Assembly (NCBI RefSeq): GCF_900604535.1
Contig: NZ_UWOT01000003.1
Coordinates: forward strand, 186,216 to 210,215
Length of the DNA stretch: 24,000 bases
Direction: 5' to 3'
From: Romboutsia sp. Marseille-P6047
GTDB taxonomy: Bacteria > Bacillota > Clostridia > Peptostreptococcales > Peptostreptococcaceae
A program made the translations under genes and the position numbers. Under the pieces are notes generated by a model. The model worked only from the letters and a program-made list of their open reading frames with translations, did not search any database and had not been told where the DNA came from. Shown here piece after piece: positions 15,721-24,000 of the stretch; positions within the stretch are counted from its first letter, which is position 1, and every line of letters begins with the position of its first letter.

Positions 15721-17154
15721 ATGAAATTTAAAAAAGTAGAAAAATACACATATGTAGAAGATAAACATAAACCTTATTTAAAAGAACTAAGTGAGTTTGT
15801 TAGTAAAAGTGAATACTTACCAAAGTATCACATTTATCCTAAAAGTGGATTAATGAATGACCCAAATGGATTGGCATATTTTAATGGAGAGTACAATTTC
15901 TTTTATCAGTGGTTCCCATTTGAACCTACACATGGTATGAAACATTGGGGATACTTAACATCAAAAGATTTATTAACTTGGGAAGAGAAAGATATAGCAT
16001 TGACACCAGATATGGAGTATGAAAAAAATGGATGTTATTCTGGAAACTCTATAGAAAAAGGTGGATTATTATATTTATTTTACACAGCAAATTATAAAAC
16101 TGAAAATGATAGAATACCAAAACAAGCTGTAGCGATTATGGACAAAGGTGGAAATATAGAAAAGTATATAAATAATCCAATTATAGATGGAGCACCAGAT
16201 AATATGACTGGAGATATTAGAGATCCTTTTGTTTTTAGAAAAGGTGAAAAGTACTATATGCTATTAGGGGCAAAAAGCAAAAAAGAAAAAGGTGCATTAT
16301 TACTATATACAAGTGAAGATTTATTAATATGGAACTATATGGGAGAAATAAATCTTCCAATAGATACAGGATATATGTTAGAATGCCCAAGTTTTATAGA
16401 AGTTGAAGGAAAAGATGTAATAATACTTTCGCCTATGGGTCTTGAAAAAGAAGAATTAAAGTATCAAAATCAATTTTCAACAGTATATTTAGTAGGAAAA
16501 TTAGATATAGAAAATATGAAATTTGACCTAGAGTATATGGATGAAGTAGATAATGGATTTGATTTTTATGCATCGCAAGCATTTTATGGAAAAGATAATA
16601 AGCCTATGATGGTATCGTGGTTTGGATGTGGAGAACAAGATCTTCCAACTGATAAAGAAATGTGGAAGCATGGTTTAACTATGCCTCATACTCTTAGATT
16701 AGTCGAAAATAGATTGTGTAATTTTGTATCAGAGGAATTAAATGATCTATTTAATGATAAGAATGAATTTGACAGCAATATAATAAAAACAAAATCTAAT
16801 TCCTATCATATTAAATTTAATATGCGTAAAGAAGATGAAAATAAATGGGTTAGATTTGGTTATGAAAATGATTATTGGGAGTTAAACTTTGATTTTGATA
16901 AAAATGTAATTCAAGTAGATAGAAGTAATCTAAAATTAAAAGTAGACATAAATAATGGATTGAAAAGATGTGCAGAAGGCTTAAATAAAGAAGAATATAA
17001 AGTTGATATTTATGTAGATAACAGCTTTGTAGAGGTATTTATCAATGAAGGAATGAAGTCATTTGTATTTAGATGCTTTAATCTAAACAATGAAGAACAT
17101 AATATACAATTCACACATGCAAATAAAGGAAGCATAAATTACTACAATAAATAA
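15721..17154 (+). CDS. scrB: Sucrose-6-phosphate hydrolase (GH32)
   Basis: 477 aa. GH32 catalytic motifs are present: LMNDPNGL, FYQWFP, RDPFV and MLECP. Confidence 0.9.
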   Translation: MKFKKVEKYTYVEDKHKPYLKELSEFVSKSEYLPKYHIYPKSGLMNDPNGLAYFNGEYNFFYQWFPFEPTHGMKHWGYLTSKDLLTWEEKDIALTPDMEYEKNGCYSGNSIEKGGLLYLFYTANYKTENDRIPKQAVAIMDKGGNIEKYINNPIIDGAPDNMTGDIRDPFVFRKGEKYYMLLGAKSKKEKGALLLYTSEDLLIWNYMGEINLPIDTGYMLECPSFIEVEGKDVIILSPMGLEKEELKYQNQFSTVYLVGKLDIENMKFDLEYMDEVDNGFDFYASQAFYGKDNKPMMVSWFGCGEQDLPTDKEMWKHGLTMPHTLRLVENRLCNFVSEELNDLFNDKNEFDSNIIKTKSNSYHIKFNMRKEDENKWVRFGYENDYWELNFDFDKNVIQVDRSNLKLKVDINNGLKRCAEGLNKEEYKVDIYVDNSFVEVFINEGMKSFVFRCFNLNNEEHNIQFTHANKGSINYYNK

Positions 17155-17155
17155 A

Positions 17156-17180
17156 AAAAGGCTAGTTTATCTAGCCTTTT
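17156..17180 (+). terminator. Intra-operon hairpin (weak terminator or RNA stabiliser) between scrB and the next kinase gene
   Basis: aaaaggctag (17156-17165), loop tttat, ctagcctttt (17171-17180). The U-tract is only the 4 T inside the stem end. Confidence 0.4.
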
Positions 17181-17207
17181 AACTATAAGAAAAGGAAAGA
17201 TATAAAT

Positions 17208-18140
17208 ATGATATACACAGTAACTCTTAATCCATCTATAGACTACGTAGTAGAAACATATAAATTGAAAATAGGGGAAGTAAACAGAGCTAATAATGAA
17301 GAACTATATCCAGGTGGAAAAGGTATAAATGTTTCACTTATGCTTAACGAACTGAAAGAAGAAAATACAGCACTAGGATTTTTAGGTGGATTTACAGGAG
17401 AATATATAGAAAATACTTTGGTTTCTAGAGGCGTAAATACGGAATTTATAAAATTACAAGAAGGCTTGAGTAGAATTAACTTAAAAATAAAGGATGAAGA
17501 TGAAACAGAAATTAATGGTAAAGGACCTCGTATAAGTGAGGATGAGTTACGATTATTATATAAAAAAATTGAAAAATTAAAAGATGAAGATATATTAGTT
17601 TTATGTGGAAGTATACCACAATCACTAAGTAATACATTGTATGAAGATATAGTTAGTATGGTGGCTAAAAAGGATGTAAAAGTTATAGTAGATGCAACTA
17701 GCAATCTTTTACTTAATACATTGAAATATAATCCATTTCTTATAAAACCAAATATCCATGAATTAGAGGAAATATTTAAAACTAAAATAGGCTCTATAGA
17801 TAAGACTATTTTTTATGCAACAAAGCTTAAAGATATGGGAGCTGAAAATGTAATAATATCTATGGGAAAAGATGGAGCATTATTAGTTGATGAAAAAGGA
17901 GAAATATACTTAAGTAATGCGCCTAAGGGTAACGTTGTAAATACAGTTGGATCAGGAGATTCTATGGTTGCAGGTTTCATTAGTGGATATTTAAGGACTA
18001 AAGATTATAAAGAAGCATTAAAACTAGGAGCATCTTGTGGAAGTGCTACAGCATTTTCAAGTGGAATAAGTGGAAAAAAATTAATAGATATTTTGAAAAA
18101 TGAAATTGAAATTAAAGAAATTTGTAAAATAAATATGTAA
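17208..18140 (+). CDS. fruK: PfkB-family sugar-phosphate kinase, 1-phosphofructokinase/tagatose-6-phosphate kinase type
   Basis: 310 aa. The N-terminus MIYTVTLNPSIDY and the GGKGINV and GSGDSMVAGF motifs are typical of FruK/LacC. Confidence 0.75.
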   Translation: MIYTVTLNPSIDYVVETYKLKIGEVNRANNEELYPGGKGINVSLMLNELKEENTALGFLGGFTGEYIENTLVSRGVNTEFIKLQEGLSRINLKIKDEDETEINGKGPRISEDELRLLYKKIEKLKDEDILVLCGSIPQSLSNTLYEDIVSMVAKKDVKVIVDATSNLLLNTLKYNPFLIKPNIHELEEIFKTKIGSIDKTIFYATKLKDMGAENVIISMGKDGALLVDEKGEIYLSNAPKGNVVNTVGSGDSMVAGFISGYLRTKDYKEALKLGASCGSATAFSSGISGKKLIDILKNEIEIKEICKINM

Positions 18141-18150
18141 GGTGGCAAAT

Positions 18151-19119
18151 ATGAAAAAAGTAATAAGTATAGGAGAAGCTTTAATTGATTTTATACCTAA
18201 TCAAAAAAGTTGTGAACTAAAGGATGTAATAGGTTTTGAAAGAGTAGCGGGAGGAGCGCCTGCTAATGTTAGTGCTGTAGTATCAAAACTTGGTGGAAAA
18301 TCAAATTTCATATCAAAGCTAGGTAGGGATGCTTTTGGAGATCATATAATAGAGGTTTTAAAAGAGGCTAATGTAAATACAGATTATGTATTAAGAACAG
18401 ATAAAGCTAATACAGGATTAGCTTTTGTTTCTTTAAAAGAAGATGGAAATCGTGATTTTTCATTCTATAGAAATCCAAGTGCAGATATGTTACTAGAAGA
18501 AAACGAAGTAAAAAAGGAATGGTTTAAAGATTGTCATAGCTTACATTTTTGTTCAGTAGATTTAATAGAGTGTCCAATGAAGTATGCACATAAAAAAGCT
18601 ATAGAATTTGCACTAGAAAATAAAAGTATAATAAGCTTTGATCCAAATGTAAGGTTACCTCTATGGGATAGCGAAGAGTCATGTAGAGATGCAATAATAG
18701 AGTTTTTACATTTAGCTCATATAGTTAAAATATCTGATGAAGAATTAGAATTTATAACGGGGTATGATACTATGGATGAGGCTAAAGAAGTATTGTTTAA
18801 AGGTAATGTGAAGCTAGTTTTATTTACAAAAGGAAAAGGTGGAGCTGAGGCATATACTAAGGATAAAATTGTTAAAATACCTGGGAATGTTGTGGATGTA
18901 GTTGATACAACAGGAGCAGGGGATTCATTTATTGGTTCATTTTTATTTAAACTATTACAAGATGATATAAATATGGAAAGATTTGATAGTATTAGTGCTG
19001 AAATGTTAAAAGAATACTTAGTATTTTCAAATTGTTATGCCGCCTACAGTACAACTAAAAAAGGTGCGATTGGATCATATGCTACATTAGATGAGATAAT
19101 AAAGTATATGAATCAATAA
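18151..19119 (+). CDS. scrK: Fructokinase (PfkB/ribokinase family)
   Basis: The ORF opens at GTG 18142. AAGGTGG (18139-18145) favours the ATG at 18151. ISIGEALIDFIP, GGAPANV and DTTGAGDSFIG are typical of bacterial fructokinases. Confidence 0.8.
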   Translation: MKKVISIGEALIDFIPNQKSCELKDVIGFERVAGGAPANVSAVVSKLGGKSNFISKLGRDAFGDHIIEVLKEANVNTDYVLRTDKANTGLAFVSLKEDGNRDFSFYRNPSADMLLEENEVKKEWFKDCHSLHFCSVDLIECPMKYAHKKAIEFALENKSIISFDPNVRLPLWDSEESCRDAIIEFLHLAHIVKISDEELEFITGYDTMDEAKEVLFKGNVKLVLFTKGKGGAEAYTKDKIVKIPGNVVDVVDTTGAGDSFIGSFLFKLLQDDINMERFDSISAEMLKEYLVFSNCYAAYSTTKKGAIGSYATLDEIIKYMNQ

Positions 19120-19142
19120 ATTAGTATATAAGTATGAATCTA

Positions 19143-19186
19143 GGGTATTACTCCTATGATTCATCTTCACCATTAAAATCCACGAA
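19143..19186 (+). repeat. Degenerate tmRNA (ssrA) 3'-end-like sequence plus conserved flank, copy C
   Basis: gggtattactcctatgattcatcttcacca followed by ttaaaatccacgaa. The flank is identical to copy A, and the tmRNA-like part is the most diverged of the three. Confidence 0.5.
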
Positions 19187-19217
19187 TACCTATATCCTTT
19201 TGGATATAGGTATTTTT
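19187..19217 (+). terminator. Rho-independent terminator after copy C (also terminates the sucrose operon)
   Basis: tacctatatcc (19187-19197), loop tttt, ggatataggta (19202-19212), then T5. Confidence 0.8.
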
Positions 19218-19329
19218 ATATTTTAAATATAAATACTATTGATAAAACTATCAAAAAAGTATTTACTTAAAGTATAAGAATTCACATAAAAATTACAAAA
19301 ATACAATAAAAGTGTTTCAAGGAGGGGTT

Positions 19330-20042
19330 ATGGTTAGGATAGCAATTTGTGAAGATGAAAAAGAAACACAAATATTATTAGAAAGTAATCTTAATAATAT
19401 ATTAAAACATACAAATAAAGAATATGAAATAAAAAAATATAGCTCTGGAGAAGAACTACTAGAAAGTGAATTAAATCATATAGATATATTACTTCTCGAT
19501 ATACAAATGGGACAAATAAATGGTATGGATACTGCAAGAAAAATAAGAGAAATAGATGATAACATGGAAATCATATTTATAACTTCATTGATAGATTATG
19601 TTCAAGAAGGATACGAAGTAAGAGCGTATAGATATCTATTAAAACCCATAGAATTAGAAGAATTAAAAAAACATATATTAACATGTATCAGAGAAATTGA
19701 AAAAACAAAAATCAGTATATTTTAATAAAGAATAAATCTAACACATATAAGATTTATTCTAATGAAATAACTTATATAGAAGTTCAAAAAAAGGATATGC
19801 TAATACATACAATAAATAAAGATTTTAATGCTAGATATAGTTTAGAAAAAATAGAAAAAGATTTAAATGTAGAAGAATTTGTAAGATGTCATAAGAGTTT
19901 TATAATTAACTTAAATCATGTAGAGAATATAAAGTCAAATGTTGCAATACTAGATAGTGGTGAAGAAGTACCTATTAGTAGATACAGACATAAAGATATA
20001 AAGGAAAAATTCTTGAAATTTATTGGTGATAGAATATGCTAA
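19330..20042 (+). pseudogene. LytTR-family response regulator, frameshifted between the receiver and LytTR domains
   Basis: The receiver domain (RIAICEDE...ILLLDIQMGQINGMDTARKIRE) ends at the TAA at 19723-19725. The LytTR domain (KNQYILIKNKSNTYKIYSNEITYIEVQKKDMLIHT...FVRCHKSFIINLNHV) is open from 19701 in another frame. Adding one A to the A6 run at 19700-19705 restores a single ~238 aa ORF. RBS GGAGG at 19321-19325, ATG at 19330. Confidence 0.75.
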
Positions 20043-21414
20043 ATCCTATAAATGACATGTTACTAATATTATCAATATTTATACCAATGATTATACTAGA
20101 AAGTATATTAACTTATAATAAAGATACAGATAGGTCTAAAAAGATTTCTTTTTTTATTTTATTATTATTAAACTATATTATAGTAAAATAATAATATTAT
20201 TTAGTGTAGGTAAATTTTATGAATATAATATTATTTATATCTTAACTTTTATTATTTGGGGAGCATATTATAATTATTTTTATACACTAGGAATTATTAA
20301 ATATATAGTTTCATTTTTTTTATTTGATGTATATCACTCTTTGATAAGGGATATTATATCTAGAAGTTTATTTTTATAGTTACAGGTAATGTGATTTTGT
20401 CAAAAGAAGCTTTATTGATTTCTAATTATGATTATGCTAAAGTTGAGATATATACATACATAATAATAATATCTATCTATATGATAGCTTATTTGACATT
20501 TAGGCTTTTAAATAATAAATTACAATTATATGAAGATAATAAGATAAATTATATATATTTATCGATTGCTTTAATGGTAAATTTACTTACTATAGTTATA
20601 ATTTATATAAACAAGAAAATAGAGCGATTTGGTGGATATTCAGAACTATATGTAGTTGGGTATATTGTAACACCAAAGTTAATATTAGCAAGTAGTCTTT
20701 TATTATTGTGTTGTTTATAAAAATAATTAGAGAGAATAGAATACAATCTCAAAATGAAATAATAAAAAACAAATTAGATATGCAGTATTCTCATTATTTA
20801 AGTGTTCAGAAATCACATATGAAGGTTAAGAAGCTTTATCATGATATAAATAATCATATATATTGTATAGAAAATCTTAAAAATAATAATAGAGAAATTA
20901 ATGAATATGTAAATAGTTTGAAAAATGAGATCAAAGAATTTAAATCAATCTACAATACAGGCAATATTATACTAGATATTATAATAAATGAAAAAAGTGA
21001 TATATGTATAAAAAAGGGAATTAAATTTATTTGCGATATCAATTTTTCAAAGGTTAATTTTATAAAACCAATAGATGTATCTAGTATATTTGCTAATATT
21101 TTAGATAATGCGATAGAAGCTTGTGATAAAATACATGATGAAAATATTAATAGATATATTAGAATAAAAGGAACTATTTCAAAATGTTACTTTGTACTAA
21201 AATGTGAAAATAGCAAAGTTAATAGTTTGAAGTTTAATAAGAATATTCTATTGACAGAAAAAAAGACAAGTTCATACATGGAATAGGAATTCAGAGTATT
21301 AAATCATCTATACAAAAGTATGATGGAGAATTATTATTTGAAGACGAAAAAAATAAATTTACAATAACTATATACATACCGCTTAATCAAAATACTGACA
21401 GTGGGGGCTTTTAA
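20036..21414 (+). pseudogene. AgrC/LytS-like GHKL sensor histidine kinase, broken into five frame segments
   Basis: The start ATGCTAA overlaps the response-regulator stop. Open segments are 20036-20191, 20140-20379, 20364-20720, 20696-21286 and 21241-21414. The N-terminal part is polytopic. H-box KKLYHDINNHIY, N-box FANILDNAIEA, and the G-box HGIGIQSIKSSIQKYDG (readable only after a shift at the A7 run 21258-21264). Every junction falls at an A/T homopolymer. Confidence 0.7.
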
Positions 21415-21450
21415 CCTACCAGTTGGGGCATATATATTGATACTGAATAT

Positions 21451-21490
21451 AAGGGATGTTATCTTTTAATAGCAAAAGATAAGGTCCCTT
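21451..21490 (+). terminator. Long hairpin after the kinase gene (probable terminator)
   Basis: aagggatgttatctttt (21451-21467) pairs with aaaagataaggtccctt (21474-21490), with a 2-nt internal mismatch. It is followed by tcttagttt (weak U-tract). Confidence 0.5.
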
Positions 21491-21644
21491 TCTTAGTTTG
21501 TGATAGAAAGATCTAAACAATAAATGGAGGAATATTAGATGAAAAGTATTTAACAAGAATGAATAATCAAAGCGTGTAAAATATCTGTAAATCTACTTAA
21601 AAGATTAATTGGATAAATAATTTATAGTAAAATGGGAGGCTTGT

Positions 21645-24000
21645 ATGGGAATTTACTTAAAAATGTCACTAGCATATTTAAGGAGAAATAAACTTAGAAC
21701 GTCATTTTTAATACTTGGAGTTGTATTAGGTGTAGTACTTATATTTGGAACAAATGTTATAAAAGAGTCAAATAACAAAAATGATTTAGAAGCAATAGAC
21801 AAGCTTTATGGCGGACATCATGTAGAATTTAGTGATTTAAATAATGAAGGTGTAGAAAAATTAAAAAAGGATAAAGATGTATCAAAAATTACAACAGTTC
21901 AAAATTTAGGAAGTGTTGTAAATGATAAAGGAAATTATATATTACTAAGGTCAGCAAATGAAGATTATATCAAAGGTAAAGCGAATAAATTAACTGGTAG
22001 GCTTCCTAAAAATAATAATGAGATAGTTCTAGAAAAAAGGGCTTTAGAATCAATGGGAGAACCTTATAAGCTAAATTCTACTTTAAACCTTATAGTAAAA
22101 AAGGATTACAAAGATTCTGAAGGTAATAATCAAATTTATACACAAGATCAAGAATTTAAACTTGTGGGAATTATAGAAAAACCAGAAGGTTACTATGACG
22201 TTGTTTGGACATATGAAGGTTTTACTTATGGTAATTCAGAATTGGATAATATAATTCCAACAGAATTAGTTACATATAACAGTATATTAGATTTAAAAAC
22301 TGGGATAAAAAATCTTGATAGAAATGTTAAAAAAATTAGTGATAGAAATGACTTAGGAAGAACAAGTTTCTTACCAAATGTACCACTTGTACAGAAACTA
22401 GCAGATATTGAAATAGAAAGTGCTAAATCAAAAGAATCAATTCAATTAGAAGTATTAATTATAATTGCAGCAGTAATTTTTATATTTAATATGTTTAACA
22501 TAGCGCTAAATCAAACTATGAAAGAAATAGGACTTTTAAGGTTAATAGGCTCAAGCGAAAAGAAGGTTAGATTAATATTAATATATCGAGCTTTCATTAT
22601 TATGGTTATAGGCATAATTTTAGCGTTAATACTAGGAACTTTATATTCATATGTAGGAGTTAATACATATAATGTTGAGATATATAAAGAAGCCTCGATT
22701 GCTCCAAAACTATATATAAGTAATAGAAATATTGTAAAACCTATATTAGTAGGAATATTCTCAGTATCTATTCCTTGTATCATAGCAATGTGTAAGATTG
22801 GGAATATATCACCTATAGAAGCAATGAGTAACAATGAAAAAGTTAAAAGTTATAGTAAGGGATATAAATTAAATAAAGTTTTAAACAAAATATTTGGATT
22901 TTATGGATTTATGGGACTTAAAAATATTGGAAGAAATAAATCTAGGTCAATTATATCATTAATATCAATTGCACTTGGAGGATATATATTTATAACTAAT
23001 TTCTCAAGCATGCAAGATGAAGTAGGTGCTAAAATTGAGGACATGCAAAATAGATATGATGTAGTTATGCAGTTTAATGGAGCTGTCTCATATTTAGAAA
23101 GCTTAAAATACACAGATACTGATGTAGATAAAATAAAGTCTGTAGATGGGGTAAAAAGTGTAAATACAATAAATGTAGTTAGTGGATTCTTTGATTTCAA
23201 AAAGGATGAAATAAATGAAGAGTTTGCAAAGTATAACGGAATAGAAAATACAGAGCATAAAATGGACTTAAAAATATATGGAAATAATTATATAAATAAA
23301 GATTTAAAAAAATTTGTAGAGTACGGAAATCTAGACGATTTAGGAAAAGAAACTGATGGTTATCCCAATGTAGCAGTATACAATTATTTTTATGAAAGAG
23401 AAAAGGATTATACTTTGAAAAAGGTATTTAAAGATATAGAGGTAGGAGATATTTTAACAATAAAAGTTCCAGCCAAAGAAGACAATAAAACTGTATATAA
23501 AGAAAGTAAAGTAAGAGTATGCTCAACACTAACACCAGACTGGATGTCTATGGGAGATGGTCAATTTGGGAATAACTTTGAAATTGTAACTTCAAAGAAT
23601 CATTCAGAATCATTAATAGGAGAACAAAAATATACAAAGCTAGGTATAAATTTAGAAGACCCGTATGATGAAGTTGTAAATGAAAAGTTAGAAGAAATTT
23701 CAGATAGAATTCATTTATCTACTTTTAAAAGTAGAGTAGGATATGTAGAGTGGGCTAGTGAGTCAAGCCAAGAATATATAAAATCTAAGATATCACTTAT
23801 AGTATTAGTCTTAATAATAGCTGAAATTAATATTTTCTGTACAATAAGAACTAATTTGCTTGTTAGAAGAAAAGAAATATCAACACTTAGAGCCTTAGGT
23901 CTTAGTATTAAAAATATGAGAAAAATGATTATTTATGAAGCATTAGCCTATTCAATATTTAGTTTTATGATTGCTTTAATACCAGCTATAATAAACCTAA
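21645..24000 (+). CDS. Large FtsX/MacB-type ABC transporter permease with two FtsX modules (3' end beyond the window)
   Basis: This ORF is not in the supplied track because it has no stop in the window. My manual translation from the ATG at 21645 (RBS GGGAGG 21634-21639) to 24000 found no stop codon. It starts MGIYLKMSLAYLRRNKLRTSFLILGVVLGVVLIFG. The first FtsX-like block is ...MKEIGLLRLIGSSEKKVRLILIYRAFIIMVIG. A second N-terminal-like segment is FMGLKNIGRNKSRSIISLISIALGG. The second FtsX block is RRKEISTLRALGLSIKNMRKMIIYEAL. The antisense ORFs 22511-22834 and 22901-23200 are shadows of it. Confidence 0.8.
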   Translation, partial: MGIYLKMSLAYLRRNKLRTSFLILGVVLGVVLIFGTNVIKESNNKNDLEAIDKLYGGHHVEFSDLNNEGVEKLKKDKDVSKITTVQNLGSVVNDKGNYILLRSANEDYIKGKANKLTGRLPKNNNEIVLEKRALESMGEPYKLNSTLNLIVKKDYKDSEGNNQIYTQDQEFKLVGIIEKPEGYYDVVWTYEGFTYGNSELDNIIPTELVTYNSILDLKTGIKNLDRNVKKISDRNDLGRTSFLPNVPLVQKLADIEIESAKSKESIQLEVLIIIAAVIFIFNMFNIALNQTMKEIGLLRLIGSSEKKVRLILIYRAFIIMVIGIILALILGTLYSYVGVNTYNVEIYKEASIAPKLYISNRNIVKPILVGIFSVSIPCIIAMCKIGNISPIEAMSNNEKVKSYSKGYKLNKVLNKIFGFYGFMGLKNIGRNKSRSIISLISIALGGYIFITNFSSMQDEVGAKIEDMQNRYDVVMQFNGAVSYLESLKYTDTDVDKIKSVDGVKSVNTINVVSGFFDFKKDEINEEFAKYNGIENTEHKMDLKIYGNNYINKDLKKFVEYGNLDDLGKETDGYPNVAVYNYFYEREKDYTLKKVFKDIEVGDILTIKVPAKEDNKTVYKESKVRVCSTLTPDWMSMGDGQFGNNFEIVTSKNHSESLIGEQKYTKLGINLEDPYDEVVNEKLEEISDRIHLSTFKSRVGYVEWASESSQEYIKSKISLIVLVLIIAEINIFCTIRTNLLVRRKEISTLRALGLSIKNMRKMIIYEALAYSIFSFMIALIPAIINL

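Noticed and set aside
7683-17704. Other track ORFs: 7683-7916, 9375-9608, 9511-9723, 10819-11079, 11718-12074, 11798-12019, 14806-15048 and 17243-17704 (all -), plus 15424-15609 (+, alternate frame of scrA).
   Set aside because: All are nested in, or antisense to, genes with strong family signatures. They have low-complexity translations and no translation signals.
19700-21264. Treating all frameshifts in the window as proof of a low-quality, homopolymer-error-prone assembly, and therefore dismissing the effector frameshift at 5461-5464.
   Set aside because: Roughly 13 kb of intervening genes with many A/T runs are intact, and the effector lesion is an insertion whereas the two-component lesions read as deletions. 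Error is still possible and is listed as the first check, but it cannot be assumed.
21539-21553. The mini-ORF ATG AAA AGT ATT TAA with a strong RBS, considered as a separate gene feature.
   Set aside because: It is too short to call as a gene from sequence alone. I kept it only as a note within the permease finding.
22511-23200. Minus-strand ORFs 22511-22834 and 22901-23200.
   Set aside because: They are antisense shadows of the long + strand FtsX permease ORF (21645 to beyond 24000), which the track omitted because it lacks a stop in the window.
1-24000. CRISPR arrays, tRNA/rRNA genes, IS elements with terminal inverted repeats, integrase or transposase genes.
   Set aside because: I found none on either strand. 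The only regularly spaced repeats are the three ssrA-like copies (6.3 kb apart) and short tandem duplications, neither of which is CRISPR-like.

Overview
The window is very AT-rich, low-GC Firmicute (Clostridia-like) chromosomal DNA, and every convincing gene is on the + strand.

Gene order:
- 1-383: 3' part of a BI-1/YccA-type membrane protein gene.
- 506-2977: a sigma-70-like protein with an unexplained C-terminal extension, an 0.8 kb repeat-rich ORF-poor spacer, and a zinc-ribbon protein.
- 3095-5770: a compact three-gene operon with its own promoter and terminator. It encodes an ImmA/IrrE-type HEXXH metallopeptidase, a 500-aa fusion of a class III nucleotide-cyclase-like domain to a Nudix-fold domain with a degenerate Nudix box, and a small 3-TM protein split by a 1-nt frameshift.
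- About 5771-6506: an ORF-free segment.
- 6736-12696: a glycerophosphodiester module (GDPD phosphodiesterase, PHP phosphatase, Ugp/Msm-type ABC importer).
- 13085-19119: a sucrose PTS module (scrR, scrA, scrB, a fruK-like kinase, scrK).
- 19330-21414: a LytTR/GHKL two-component system broken by five homopolymer frameshifts.
- 21645 to beyond 24000: a large FtsX-family permease, open at the window end and absent from the ORF track.

Two observations stand out. First, the peptidase/cyclase-Nudix/TM cassette looks like a non-canonical Pycsar-like cyclic-nucleotide defence system. Second, three copies of a tmRNA (ssrA) 3'-end-like motif, each followed by a different terminator hairpin, sit at about 6.3 kb intervals (6507, 12794, 19143). 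They bracket the two sugar modules and close off the segment containing the cassette, as expected for tandem islands accreted at ssrA.

All functional calls come from motif recognition by eye. No database search was run.
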